NCBI GenBank assembly: GCA_001662655.1
Contig: KV460226.1
Source: Pseudogymnoascus verrucosus
Lineage: Eukaryota
Reading direction: 5' to 3' (one strand)
Length of the DNA: 64,000 nt
Position numbers and translations under genes: made by a program. Numbering within the stretch: position 1 is the first letter of the stretch; every line of letters starts with the position of its first letter. The notes under the pieces were generated by a model. The model did not search any database, was not told where the DNA came from, and saw only the letters and a list, made by a program, of their open reading frames with translations. Of the stretch, positions 1 to 12,696 are shown piece after piece.

Positions 1-1208
1 GAAAGATATCGCAGGCAGAATCTCAAGTCTGAAAGGCGATGCGCCGATAACAGGGAATCCGGGAACAAGCGCAATCGTGTATAAGGAGCCATACGGTGTC
101 ATTCTAGGCATCGCTCCATGGTACTCCTCTCTCCATCTCTTCCTCTTTCCTCTCCTCTCTGGACAAAATGCAGATATATACTTACCCACCTTTCCTCTCC
201 CGAATATCCTCCACATCACGACTAACATATCCTAGGAACGCACCCTACATCCTTGGCGTCCGCTCTATTGCCTATGCCTTGGCCGCAGGTAACACTGCCA
301 TTCTCAAGGCCTCCGAGTTCTCCCCGCGCTGCGCGTGGGCCATTGCCGATTGCTTTCGTCTCGGCGGCCTCCCCGCCGGCGTTCTAAACACCATTGCGCA
401 CTTTACCTCCTCCGCAGCTGCCATCACAGAAGCCCTCATCGCCGATTCGCGTGTCCAGAAAATCAACTTCACGGGCTCTACGGTCGTCGGGCGCATCATC
501 GCCGAGACCGCAGGTCGGCACCTAAAACCCGTCTTGCTGGAGCTGGGCGGCAAAGCGCCTGTGATTGTATGTGAGGATGCGGATCTGGAAGTTGCCGCGA
601 CAGAGTGTGCGAAGGGCGCATTTATGCATTGTGGACAGGTGTGCATGAGCACAGAAAAGATTTTGGTGCATAAAGATGTCGCGGCGGCGTTTGAGGAGAG
701 ATACAGAGAGAAGGTGGTCGATATGTTTACCAAGCAGGGAGTGTTGATAAATAGGGCGGCTGTGGACAGGAATATGCGACTCGTGAGGGATGCGGTCGGG
801 AAGGGGGCAGAGGTGCTGACTGGGACCGTGGAACAAGATCATCAGCTACCGGGGACGCATATGTCACCAATAGTTGTGAAGGGAGTGACGGAGGCGATGG
901 AATTGTATAATACAGAGTCGTTTGGCCCGACGGTGAGTATTATTGAGGTAGAAACCGAGGAGGAAGCGGTACGGATCGCGAATGATACCCCATATGGCCT
1001 CACATCAGCAGTGTTCACGGAGGACCTCAGGCGCGGACTGAGGCTTGCAAAGTGCATTGAGAGTGGTGCAGTGCATATCAATGGGATGACGCTGCATGAT
1101 GAGACGATGTTGCCACATGGCGGGGTAAAATGCTCAGGTTATGGCAGGTTTGGGAGTGGAGGATTGGAGGAGTGGGTCAGGAGTAAGACGGTTACTTTTA
1201 AGAATTAG
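1..1208 (+). CDS. Aldehyde dehydrogenase (aromatic aldehyde / salicylaldehyde-vanillin dehydrogenase-like), 5' end outside window
   Basis: The exon at 1-120 (..YKEPYGVILGIAPW) is joined through intron 121-235 to NAPYILG. ALDH motifs present: INFTGSTVVG, LELGGKAP, GQVCMS (catalytic Cys), ESFGP, PYGLTSAVFT, PHGGVKCSGYGRFG. Stop at 1208. Confidence 0.93.
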
Positions 1209-1225
1209 ATAGGTGGGAAAGGCGA

Positions 1226-1480
1226 AAGCTTTCAGGAAGCTGCGACTGATGCAGCTTGATAATCATACCTTCCGTGTTTATAATTCGAAAATTCTGAGGA
1301 AGCTGCGACTGAGACTTATTTACTAATCAATCCTTCCATATCTATAACTCGAGAGCCTCGAGGAAGGTGCGACTGAGGCTTGCTTGATAATCATACCTTC
1401 CATATTTACAGCTGTAAAGCCTCGAGGAAGCTGCGACCGAGGCTGGCTTGGTAGTAGTTCCTTCCATATCCATAATTTGA
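1226..1480. repeat. Four degenerate tandem copies of a 63-64 bp unit
   Basis: The core GGAAG(C/G)TGCGAC(T/C)GA starts at 1235, 1298, 1362 and 1426. Each copy is followed ~30 nt later by CCTTCC. Confidence 0.85.
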
Positions 1481-2102
1481 AAGTCCCCAGAGCGAAAGTT
1501 AGAAGTTGTATATGTGAGGAGATTTATTTTGGGAATGAGGATGTTATGGCCTTTCCGATGAATAATTCGCAGTTGCAGATTGTATTGAATGAATATGAGA
1601 ATGACGAATGCTAACAACGAACGTCAATAATGGCTGTGATGTAGTTTAAAGGAACAAGGTTATGTCTAACTATACGTAAGTTATGTATGCTGTACGATCC
1701 AATAGATATATTCCGCACTCCAGCACACTAACTATATACAACCCTCCACTCCCCTCCCTGTCTATCTCTACAACTTTTATAATCCTACAGACTCCGAAAT
1801 TTTAGCTTCGACAGTTCTTTTGCAGCCCTTGTTTTCCAAGCACTGTACTGGGGGTTTATTTACCACGGTTAGTACCATTATGCTCGCCAACTGCTCATTT
1901 CTGATTCTTCCTTGAAAGCAGTGTGGAGCTTTGTCAGCTTTGAATGGAATTTGACGTTGGTTATGCTGCCCACATCACCATAATGGCGGAGCGGCTCAAT
2001 AAAGATAGAGCACCACTTCAGGTCGAGAAACTAAACGAAACAGGCGTGGAAAATAGTTATTCAGATATCTATGGGTAGCTACAAACGATCTACAATACCC
2101 GC

Positions 2103-3611
2103 CTAAAGTTTTGTACCTGAGGCCGTTCTGGTCCCCGGATTTGCAATATCAATCCACTCGAATTGATCATTTAAGAAGCGATGGGCTCGTACATCGCCCG
2201 ACCTAGCATGTCCCTCAAAGTTCTCCACTCTTGCAGCGCGTCCACATAATTGGCCTAACTCGCCGCTCGCCTTGGCTGATTTTACCTCTTGATAAGTGAC
2301 AGTCTTAAGATATTTCCCAACCCACAGACCTCCCGTATATCGTGCAGCGCCTCTTGTTGGGAGTACATGGTTAGTCCCGATGACCTATTTCCCATTAGTT
2401 TTTGCTTTCTTCTTTGTTTCATATGGGGGTTCACCTTATCACCATAACTAACACAGGTCTTCTCTCCTAAGAACAGAGCTCCGTAATTCGTCATCTTCTC
2501 CAACGCTTCCCTCGGCTCCCTTGTCAAGATCTGTACATGCTCTGAAGCGTATGTATCTCCTAACTTGTACGCGTCATCAAGATTCCCTACTACAGCCACC
2601 TCTCCAAAATCTCTCCAACTCGTTCCGGCCAGCTCCCTGGTCGGCATATCTTTTAAAATCACGTCAATCAGCCTGATTACCTCCTTGCCTAGACTCTCAC
2701 TAGTCGTAATTAAGACAGCAGGCGTATCAGGCCCATGTTCTGCCTGGCTCAACAAATCCGTCGCCACAGTAAATGCATCTGCGGACTCGTCTGCAATTAT
2801 TAGGACTTCTGTTGGGCCTGCAAAAAGATCGATGCCTACCGCGCCAAAGAATTGGCGTTTAGCTTCGGCCACGAAGGCATTGCCGGGCCCAGCAATGAAG
2901 TCAACCTTTGGGATTGTGTCAGTACCGATTGCCATGCCACCAATGGCTTGCACGCCACCTAGAATGTATATTGCGTCCGCACCTGCCATGGCCATGGCTG
3001 CTACTGTAGCTGCGGGAATAGAGCCGTTGATCGGGGGCGTAAATCCCATTACGTGAGGGACGCCGGCGACTTTGGCGGTGAGGATAGTCATATGAGCAGA
3101 GGCTAAGAGTGGATAGCGACCGCCTGGAATATAGCTAGAAAGCTGTTAGTAATAATCTCTTAATTACCTCACAATAGTTGGGAGTAGGGCGCAAAGGAAT
3201 TGCCATCTATGAACAACAAAGTGTATTAGAATGGGAAATAACTTACCATCCTACGGAATTAATTGGCACGTTTTTCTGTCCCAAGAAAACTCCTGGATGA
3301 ATCTCAAGCTCAAACTCTTTTAAACTCTCCTTCTGTGCCTGAGCAAACGTCCTCACATTGTGTTGCACCTCCTTGATATCCTTGATTACCTGCTCTGGTA
3401 AACTTCTAATGATATCTTCGATATCTTCGGCAGAAAGTTTGAAGGAAGGAGGCGACCACCTGTCAAATTTTTCGGAATAGGAGCGGACGGCAGAGTCTCC
3501 ATTTTTGCGAATATCCTCGATTACTGAGCTGACAACGGATGGCACATTGGTTGGTGCGCTGCTGCTTGATGGAGCCGTGCTTAGAGATCCTGTCTTTAAA
3601 TAATGGGTCAT
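2103..3611 (-). CDS. Stand-alone histidinol dehydrogenase homolog (HisD family, HpsN-like subgroup)
   Basis: Three exons (introns 3135-3246 and 2385-2434). Motifs: GCYIPGGRYPLLAS, GGVQAIG, AGPGNAFVAEAKR, IDLFAGPTE, LSQAEHG, ASEHVQI, SYGDKVIGTNHVLPT, EGHARS. No N-terminal HisI/HisE domains. TAG at 2103-2105. Confidence 0.9.
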
Positions 3612-3798
3612 CTTGAGTGCTTTGATGTATTGGGTGGGTGGATGTCTGAATAGAAACCGACGTGAGTTGAAGCGATGGGGATAATTTTAGGGGACTTTGA
3701 GCTATATATCGATCTGAAGCCAGGGTCAATAAAATATATTAATCATAGATCATGATCATTTTCATATCGGGATTATCGTGCACAAGTTATCCGGAAGG

Positions 3799-3844
3799 TT
3801 ATGCGGGGGATGTGCGGGGGATTTATGCGGGGTTATGCGGGGTT
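3799..3844 (+). promoter_or_regulatory. Four tandem CreA/Mig1-type sites (SYGGRG) in a bidirectional promoter
   Basis: ttatGCGGGGgatgtGCGGGGgatttatGCGGGGttatGCGGGGtt lies between the HisD-like gene and SDR1. It matches the SYGGRG consensus, but binding is not demonstrated. Confidence 0.55.
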
Positions 3845-4082
3845 CATGTTGAGTATATACCAATCGGAAATCACCATTCAATTCGGGTCTTGTTTTTGCC
3901 CATATTGCCGAATATCGGATAGATGTGGACACCAACCGAGACACCACTTGGTTGTCTCCCCGCTGATGATCCCCAGAATTGTTCAAAGCAAGGGCCTTAT
4001 ATTATCTAGCTCATACGGTCTCAGTCACATATTTCCACATCATTCCTCACCTGGCCTTTACAGTGCCGACCGCCAACAGACA

Positions 4083-4892
4083 ATGACTTCAATAACTACA
4101 TCACCCTTGGCTTCTACCACATCACCTCTACCACCCCAGACGCTTGCAGGCAAGACTGCTATTATTAGCGGTTCATGTTCCGGTATAGGAGCTGAGATTG
4201 CACGCGAACTTTCCTCACGCGGCTGCGACATAGTCATCAACTACCCTTTTCCAGCTTTGGAGACACAAGCACTCGAGTTGGCCAACAGTCTCACGTCTCG
4301 AGCAATCTCTGTGTGCGCGGATATCTCGACACTTGACGGTCCTCAAACCCTCGTCGCCGCCACAGTGAAGGAATTTGGGAAGGTTGACATCCTTGTTAAT
4401 AATGCGGCAATTGCTGTTAATCTCCCGCTCGAGGAACAAACTATAGAACATTGGGACTCACTTGTAAACCTGAATGGCAGAGGTACTTTCCTTCTTACCC
4501 AAGCTGCGCTACCACATCTCTCCAAGACGGATTCAAGGATCGTCAATATCGATAGCATTTCATCTCGCGCAGCACCTGCTATGCAGACGATCTATGCCGG
4601 AACGAAAGGGATGGTGGATTCCTTTACACGATGCTGGGCTAGAGAGCTGCCGCCAAAGTATGGATGTACAGTCAACTCTGTTAGTCCGGGACCCACTATG
4701 ACAGAGGGTTTTGCGGCGGCGGGAGAATCATTCATGAAATTAATGCAGCCTACTCTTGACCTAACGCCCGTAGGGCCGCGCATGGCGAGGCCTGAGGAGA
4801 TTGCGTTCGCGGTAGGGTTTCTGTGTGAACCTAGGGCCAGTTGGATTAATGGGCTCAACTTGACAGCAAGTGGGGGGTTATTTATTGATTGA
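4083..4892 (+). CDS. Short-chain dehydrogenase/reductase (classical SDR)
   Basis: Single exon from ATG 4083 (MTSITTSP). Motifs SGSCSGIG, ILVNNAA, YAGTK (YxxxK), VNSVSPGPTMT. Confidence 0.9.
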   Translation: MTSITTSPLASTTSPLPPQTLAGKTAIISGSCSGIGAEIARELSSRGCDIVINYPFPALETQALELANSLTSRAISVCADISTLDGPQTLVAATVKEFGKVDILVNNAAIAVNLPLEEQTIEHWDSLVNLNGRGTFLLTQAALPHLSKTDSRIVNIDSISSRAAPAMQTIYAGTKGMVDSFTRCWARELPPKYGCTVNSVSPGPTMTEGFAAAGESFMKLMQPTLDLTPVGPRMARPEEIAFAVGFLCEPRASWINGLNLTASGGLFID

Positions 4893-5232
4893 TTATATAG
4901 ATTACTTACCTGGCATATGATATAAACATCGAAGCATATTATAACAACTTGTTAAGCCTGAACCGCATTAGCATGGGCTCAAAGGTAGAGCTGACAGTAG
5001 TAAGAGAGAAACACTCAACTTGAGTAACTATGCAAACTAGAAAGCGTCGGGTTAGGACAGCCTCTGGATGCGGATAAGGTACTGCTCATAGTTAAATTAC
5101 CGAATACAAAAATATATAAGCTCGATGGTATTCTGTTTTTAGAAAAATATCTTCTTCGTCAACTTTATCACCCAAGAAGCAATACCTATCTCAAAAATAA
5201 TATGTAACGTCGCTCTCATTTTCGGCAACTTT

Positions 5233-7282
5233 CTATGCTGTAGGTATAATGGGAAGAGTAACATAATTCTCCAACTCCCTTCCAAAATGCAGGTGATTTT
5301 GCCCCATAAACTTCCACCTTGGCCTATCCGCCTCACTATTATGTTGGAAGACCCCACAACCCTGCGTATCTCCACTGGCTACTTCAAGCATAATTCTCCC
5401 TCCCTTCTCAACCACGACATTCGTTGGCCAGATCTCGACATCCACCTTATACACCTCTCTTGCTTTGACTTGTTCCACATCTGTAGAAACATATTCTCGA
5501 TGTATCAAGTAACTTCTGTGTCTCGGGTGCTTTTCGTGAACTTTTCGCATCGAGCAGCGTAACCAGCCTTTGGTTAATGGGACACCGTCGCCCGCTGTAC
5601 CGGTATACAACACCTCTTCCCCACTAGGATCGATGTGTCGAAGTGTAAGAAAAAGATCAATATCTTTCTCCAACATAGCGTCCTCACTGGTATCAGGAGT
5701 CATGCTGACATTTAAATGCGCAGTAACATGGCCCGTTATTTCCGTTTGTTTCTCAAACGGCCTGGTCTCAAATCTGACACCGTGGAAATCATCTATTGAT
5801 CCTAAAGCATCATAAGTCAACTTTACCTCCTCTGTTTCCTTTGAGGGAGTCGTGGATAGTTCCTTTCTGGATGTGAGGAAGTATTTCGTGTATTGAGTGT
5901 GAGGGAGTGGCCATGCGGTTTCGGTGCGTTTAGTGTATGCGGACTCTGCAACAGCATCGTTAAATCCCAAGTTGCCTTTGCGAATGGTTATAGTTACAGG
6001 CGGGACTTTTCCTGGTGTGGACCAGCCGTAGGTATCTTGGCCTTTTAGGAAGGCGTCGAAGAATGACTTTTGGATCTCGACTTCATTATGGTAGCTATAC
6101 AACACTGTTAGCTAGCCCTTGGTTCCCTGTAAGTACGAAAAGGGGTTGAGGTTGGAGATGAAATCAAAACACTATTAGCCGCTCAAATTGGGTTGATATG
6201 TTTGCGGCTTGTATTAGATTGCTCGGACAGAGAGGAAAGAAGAGGATAGACCGACTAGAATGGGAGGTCATGTCGACCGGTAATGAAGCGCAAATATTTG
6301 AATTTTGAGCCCGCTCTCACATAACCCTCGACATTTCCTCTCAAATGTAAAAGAATACCACCCCAGTTGGCCACAGACAGTAGTGGAACCTCGATATCCT
6401 CTAAATTGAATTCCTTGCTGGCATAGTACTCATCGTCCCTGAATCTATTTGCTTCGTTGTCTTCAGTTTGGTCCATGCGATTCTTCCTAAGAATATCTTC
6501 TGATAAATCACCCTCAATGGTATCTTCTTGGCCACGGGCACCAGGCCCATCTGGAGGGAATGTGAGTTTTGAACGTCCAGGCTTGCCGTATTGATTCACG
6601 AGAACCTGACGGTTCCACCAAAAGTCGACGAATTTATTGGATAGTATTCCACCGTGGCGGCATCGATCGCGATAGTAATCCGACATTCCCTCCCAAGGAA
6701 TTATAGCAGCCAAACCTTTTGGTCTCCGCGCAGCAACTCGCCATTGACTTCCTAGCCTAGAGTTTAGCACTTGAGTAAATAAAAGTATTGGGAGGGTATG
6801 AGCGTACCGGCATAATAACTAATCCCTAATAAACCAACCTTTCCGGTACTCCACTCTTGCTCTGCAGCCCATTCGACCACATCAAAGAAACACTCACTGG
6901 TTCCTCGGCTCATCGTATCCAGCAACCCTGGACTCTGTCCCAGACCCCTCTCATCAGCACGCACAACAATGTAGCCTCGCGCAGTCCAATACACGGGGTC
7001 TGGAGTCTCCCATGCGCTGTATTTACTTTTATGCTCAGGATTCACTTCGTTGAACGAGCCCTTGAAAAAAGTGGCGTAAGGGATGTCCTTTCCGTATGGT
7101 CCGTATGTAACCAGCACTGGGAATTTATTGCCATTTTCGGTACTTAGAGGTAGATAGACGTTACAGCGGACAGGTAAATCCGACTTTTTAAGAGGGATTG
7201 AGACATTTTTTTCGAATATGAGGCTGTTTTCCTCGTCTCTGTGCACTTCTTTGATGTCTCTAATAATATTGGTTTCCGCCAT
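5233..7282 (-). CDS. CocE/NonD family alpha/beta serine hydrolase (peptidase S15-like) with C-terminal PepX-like domain
   Basis: Three exons (introns 6752-6807 and 6095-6255). Motifs: GPYGKD, WETPDP, DERGLGQSPG, WSTGKVGLLGISYYAG (nucleophile), GRHDLPFY, and C-terminal GWLRCSMRK / VEIWPT. Confidence 0.9.
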
Positions 7283-7781
7283 TTAGTCGATAGAGTTGTA
7301 TTGTCACAATTGCTCTTTGTATCGGGAGGAAGAGATGGTCTGGGAATCAGTCGATCGTATACTCTTATCTTATTATAATGCGCTGGTATGGACTGGACGT
7401 CCTCTGAACCCCTCTACAAATGATGTGGGGTCGGAATGGTGTGGGGGTGGACTTTTTCGGGTTCGCTGGGAAATTTCCATGTCGGGTTTAACTTGGAGGG
7501 GCCGAGCCGAACGAAAACTACTTTGGAAATGCGAACCATTATCATTTTACTGGATAGTATTGTACCAAGATGGTTCATGGGTACTGTAGTGCGATATCGT
7601 ACATTCCCCATCGCTATCATCCGAAACACGCTATGTATTAATATAGAGACTACTCATATATCGAATTCCCGAGTCCTTATAATTTCCATAAAAATCGACT
7701 TTATTATTCTTAACACCAGCTACTAAGATCTCTTTCTACATTTCCAATCTTAGAATATCTTCCTCATCCTCGTTGTTAACC

Positions 7782-8459
7782 ATGGGTCCACCGCCACCAA
7801 CATCAACAGACGTACCACCAGCTTCTACTCGTGGTCTCTCTCACCCAAAACGCTTCATCACCGACCATGACAGTGATGGAAATGCGATCTTTAGTACAGC
7901 ACTCCCGGAGGAAATCCCTTTCCAGCAAATACCCAACGATGCCATCTTTTCGCTATGCTACGCAACGAACGAGTCACCGGTATTGTTAAATGACAATGCG
8001 GATGTTAATGTATATTCCAGTATGCAACCCATCTCACACGAATTATTATTTTCTGCGATGAGATGAAAAGTATGTCAGGTTTGTGTTGCTAATTTGGTAC
8101 AACTTTTAGACTACCTACACAACCTTCCTGGTGTAATGATCCCTGGTGGCACTGTTCTGCGCCTGGTGGACTTGCCACCAGGCGCGACATCGCCCATGCA
8201 CCGTACCGTCTCGCTCGACTATGGTGTAGTGCTAGAGGGCGAAATTGAACTCATCCTTGATAAAGGTGCTACTCGACTGATGAAGCGTGGTGATATGAGC
8301 ATACAGCGTGGCACTATACACGCGTGGAAAAATGTAGGGGCGGAGGGCAAGTGGGCTAGAATGTTGTATATTTTACAGGAATGTAAACCATTAGAAATTG
8401 CTGGCCAGGAACTTGGGGAGGATTATGGTGGATTACAGGTTCCTAAGAGTCGGAACTGA
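7782..8459 (+). CDS. Small cupin-domain protein
   Basis: Two exons (intron 8020-8109). Motifs KRFITDHD, SPMHRTVSLDYGVVLEGEIEL, QRGTIHAWKN are typical of small fungal cupin_2 proteins. Confidence 0.85.
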
Positions 8460-8711
8460 TGGAAATATCTTCATAAAGATTTAAATCGATTTTTGCTTTA
8501 CACCCATTTAAAGGCCATTGTGATCATCTTCATGTGACAAATGCCACGTGTACGAGAAACCTCGTTGGACAGCCTTACTATCAAATTGAAATCTAACTCG
8601 CTTCTTGTTGGCTTTGTTAACGTTATATGAACCGCTAAAATGTAAAGGTATTTGCAGCTTGAAAATCATGTTATTTAATTTTAAAGCTATGCCCGTTGTC
8701 TGAACTAAATC

Positions 8712-11120
8712 CTACTCGATTCTCCTCGCAGTACTAACATCCGGCACCCCAGTACCTTCCACCACCTTCGCACCCACGACCTCGTAAATTGGAATATCTG
8801 CAAGCACAGTCACAATATGATGTAATGTGGGTAGTGCATCCAAATCCAACTTGTCAAAGCTAACGCTAGCCTTTGCCGGCTTCGCAACGCTCTTGACCGT
8901 CGATGGCACCACTTTCGACTCTTCTTCATGAGGGACCACGATTGGATATTCACAGTCTGATTTTCCTCTCATATCTTTACCTACCGCAGGAATATATTTG
9001 TATGTCAGGATTCCGTAGTCGGACTCCCCGCCTATTGTCCCCATTTCTGTCGCTGGATCGGTAGCTAAGAGACCTTCAAGGTTGAAGTCGCAGAATTTAG
9101 CGCCTTGCCACGACGCCTGCATACGATATGATTCGGATCGACGATGGATATCGATTGCACAGTATACCTTAGGCATTCCTAGGTCTTCCCGGCCAGATAT
9201 TATTGGGTCCGCTAAACTTTCGAATAGGAGGGGCATGTATGTTCCGTCAATGATCGTCCCATCTCGCTTGGTATATTGGACTCCGTGGATGTATAATCCG
9301 AAGTGATTGTACCCGCCACCACCTAACCATGTCATGTTTCCCAGAGTAGTAGTCGAGAAACTCGCATATGCCACGGAACCAGGGGACTTAAAGCGAAACG
9401 ATTCGGTTGGAAACAGGTTCTTCAGAAATGTTGCGGAGGTTCGAAATTTGATAGATGCCGTAAGGAACGTTTGATCTAGGCTGGACCTGGGGTTGCCCCA
9501 TATGTCTTGTCTCGGGCCAGGTGCAGGGCCGAACGCAATCGGCATGCGGTAGTAGAGTTCCGGATGTTTGGCGCGTCGCCATTTGAGGAAAATGTTTGTT
9601 GAGTTGTCAAACTCGTCATGGCCAAAGTTGTAAGCTGTGTATTTCATCACTATGGTTTCTTAGTAAGGCAATGACAAGACGTGGGAGAGTGGGTGACAAA
9701 CTATCAATAGCAGGCTTTCCATCCACGCAGTCAACACCAGCCTGTCGAGAGTAATCTTGGATGTTGTTTGCGCGTTCATAACGAATTTGCTTATAGAGCT
9801 TAAGTCGCTCTGGTACCTCTTCAGGTTGAGTGCCTAAGGGAAGGACCACTGACAAAGTGGCTCCGTCTTCCAAGGCAATTCCTGCACCTTGTCCTTGATC
9901 TGTTCTGGTTAGTATACAAAAGTACATTTATTCTTGTAAGATCTTACGTGGTAAGAAAGGATGTGCGGCATCTCCTAATACTGCCATCTTCCCTTTGATC
10001 CATGTTGGCATGACCTCCATATCCAGGAGCTTCCAAACTTTCAAACTGGTTGGATCGGCTTTTTTGAAAAGTGATAGTAACTTTGGATCAAAGTCTCGGT
10101 ATACTTTCAGAAGGTCATCTATAGAGGCTTGCTTATTCCATTCTTCTTCATATTAGCAACTTCATTAGTAGAGGCTAAGAATGAACACATACCAGTAGTG
10201 CCACCTTGTGATTCTCCTTCGGGATGAATGCAGACGAAATTTAGTAGTTCGTTATTATCACATGGGTAAACCACAACACGTCTATCGGCCCCGTACCAAA
10301 TAACCAACTCATTGTCATTTTCGAGCAGTCCTTTTATCTCGGGATCTGCACTGGCAAGTTTTCGGGGAATAAGGAATCTGAATGCAGCTTTTCCTGACCC
10401 AAAGAGCTTGTTAGGTTGCCCGGTAATACATTCTCTGGTCTTAGACTGTATGCATCGTCAGCAACAATTCGCTAGACTAAAAGTAGACTCACATATATGC
10501 CATCTGCCCCTAATATCAAATCTGCCTGTATTTTGTCTCCCCCTTCCAACGTGATCGTCGCATTTTCTGTATCAACTGCCAATACCTTACTCGACAAGTG
10601 AAGCTCTGCAGGTCTTCCTTTCCCATCCTTTCCAGTCGCGATCTGCTTTAACTTATCATGTAGTTTAACACGGTGCACCAACATCCATGGATGCTGCCAT
10701 ATCTTGTTCTGTTCTCTCAGGTCAACCTTTCTTGTCTCGACGCCCTTTTCGTTGTATTCAGCCAAGCGCGACATTTCCACAGCACCAAACTCCTCTGCCA
10801 TGATGCCATAACGGCGCAGGATACCATTAGAATTTGGAGCAAGATGAATTGCAGCACCGACCTCTGATGCGAATTGGGATTGTTCATACAACTATAAACT
10901 GTAAGTATAGGAGGGTTGATACATGTCAATGTGGGGACTTTACAGAGACATTGTGCCCAGCCCTGCGTAATCCAATGGCAGCACCTAGCCCACCAATACC
11001 AGCGCCTACAATAGCAATATCAAGACCCTTCCGGCTGCATTCTCCGTTAACCCCGCCAGTGTCGCCATTCACTACCACAGCCATGGTGGTATTCGCGGCG
11101 TTATAGAATTTGGTCGCCAT
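8712..11120 (-). CDS. FAD-dependent monooxygenase (salicylate hydroxylase-like) fused to a C-terminal acetoacetate decarboxylase-like domain
   Basis: Six exons. Motifs IVGAGIGGL, LILGADGIYS, VLGDAAHPFLPHQGQGAGIALED. Intron 9650-9701 joins it in frame to YRMPIAFGP...ISGREDLGMPK. Start could be ATG 11120 or 11084. Confidence 0.88.
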
Positions 11121-11586
11121 CGCTCCTGTACTTTAAAATATTCAAGGATTGCAGAGCAAGATTGGGTCAAGTGTGCTATATTCTGCTCGTATGTGATGAG
11201 AGACAGATGGACGCGGTCTTTAATTAGTAATTTATTTTCAAGCAGGCTATGAATACTCGGGCACCGGGGTGGCCTGCCATTCCCGTCGGCTCTCCACATG
11301 GACGCCCATGCAACGTCAGGCACCAGTCCTTCAAGTTGATAAAGGCTAGAACAATTACAGTCATCGGGATTGTGGGGGATCGCGTGGCGACGGCAGGAAT
11401 GTGGGGGACAGGAACATGGGGCTAGTGGTGTCGGCCGCGGCAACGCTTGCGTGTTGTCGGCTCCGGGTCGGCTGGTAGGCCTAAACACTGGTTTTGAAAA
11501 GACATTGAAGACAGAAGATGGGGATAATGGTCTAATCATATTCGAGACAATGAACTTGATAATTATTCCTACGACACTCACGCCTC

Positions 11587-12599
11587 ATGTCAGCACCATT
11601 AGTAGTCCTCATAACCGGCGGCTCTGCTGGCCTAGGCGCTGCCACCGCACGAGTTTTTGCCAAAGCTGGCATGCGAGTGATAATCAACTATTCTACTAAT
11701 GAATCACGTGCGAATACTCTGATTGAACAATTACACCAGATCTCTCCTTTATCGAAGACCAAAGAATGTCAGAATTTCGTTTCGGTTCGTGCGGATCTGT
11801 CTAAAAAGTCCGACATCGAACACTTGGTCACAGAATCCGTATCGCAAATGGGAAAATTGGATGCTGTCTTCAGTAATGGGGGATGGACTGCAATACAGGA
11901 TTTCAATGATCTAGATGATAATGTCGATGAGGAGATGTGGGATAAATGTTGGAATATGAATGTGAAGAGTCATCTGTGGTTGATGCGTGCCGCCAAGAAA
12001 TACCTCGATGAGAGTGAAGGGGTATTTATCACCACGGCGAGTTTGGCTGGAGTGAGACCAAGCGGTAGTTCGTTGGTATGAGAATTTCTAATGCGTAGTT
12101 TATATTTCTTTGTCTATATTTAGAGATTCAACTAGACTAACAGTTTATCTATAGGCATATTCTGTTACAAAAGCAGCACAGATCCATTTAGCTAAATCTT
12201 TGGCTGTGATTTGCAGTCCTAGAATACGGGTGAACTCTGTTTCCCCTGGAATCCTCCTTACAGTCTGTTTCGCATAAATTTTACCGCTTTTGGCTGAAAA
12301 CTAATGGATGGTAGGATTGGGGTCTAAAATTTCCTCAAGAACGGCTTGATTCAGCGATGGCAAAAGCTCAATTAAAAAGATTTGCTACGGTTGAGGTAAA
12401 TTATCCATCCTTCGCTCTTTTGTCGAAATTATCCACGATTCAACAATTCTGAGAACTCGTTGACTCGTGCGTGTTGAAAAATCGTGATTAGTTGCTGATT
12501 TAGCCAATATAGGATGTTGCGGAACAGGTTTTATGTTTTGTAAGAAGCCGAAGTGTGACGGGTGCAAATGCGGTAATAGATGCTGGGTGGTCTCTATAG
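11587..12599 (+). CDS. Short-chain dehydrogenase/reductase
   Basis: Four exons. Motifs ITGGSAGLG, SGSSLAYSVTK (YxxxK), VNSVSPG, VTGANAVIDAGWSL*. Stop at 12597-12599. Confidence 0.88.
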
Positions 12600-12696
12600 T
12601 ATTTGCCTATATATCTCAATGCTCAACACTTACCTGCGCCATGTATTCGAAATGAGAAATAGTGTAGTAAATAATTTGATATTATGATCTCTAAAA

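Noticed and set aside
2103..3611. Calling the gene HIS4
   Set aside because: It lacks the cyclohydrolase/pyrophosphatase domains, has GDK in place of GDY, and sits in a non-biosynthetic context.
3801..4082. 94-aa N-terminal extension of SDR1 shown in the ORF track
   Set aside because: It runs through the promoter and its GCGGGG repeats, and the SDR fold begins after ATG 4083.
7782..8459. Quercetinase assignment for the cupin, which would complete a rutin pathway
   Set aside because: It is a small single-domain MHRT-type cupin without a signal peptide, whereas characterised fungal quercetinases are larger secreted bicupins.
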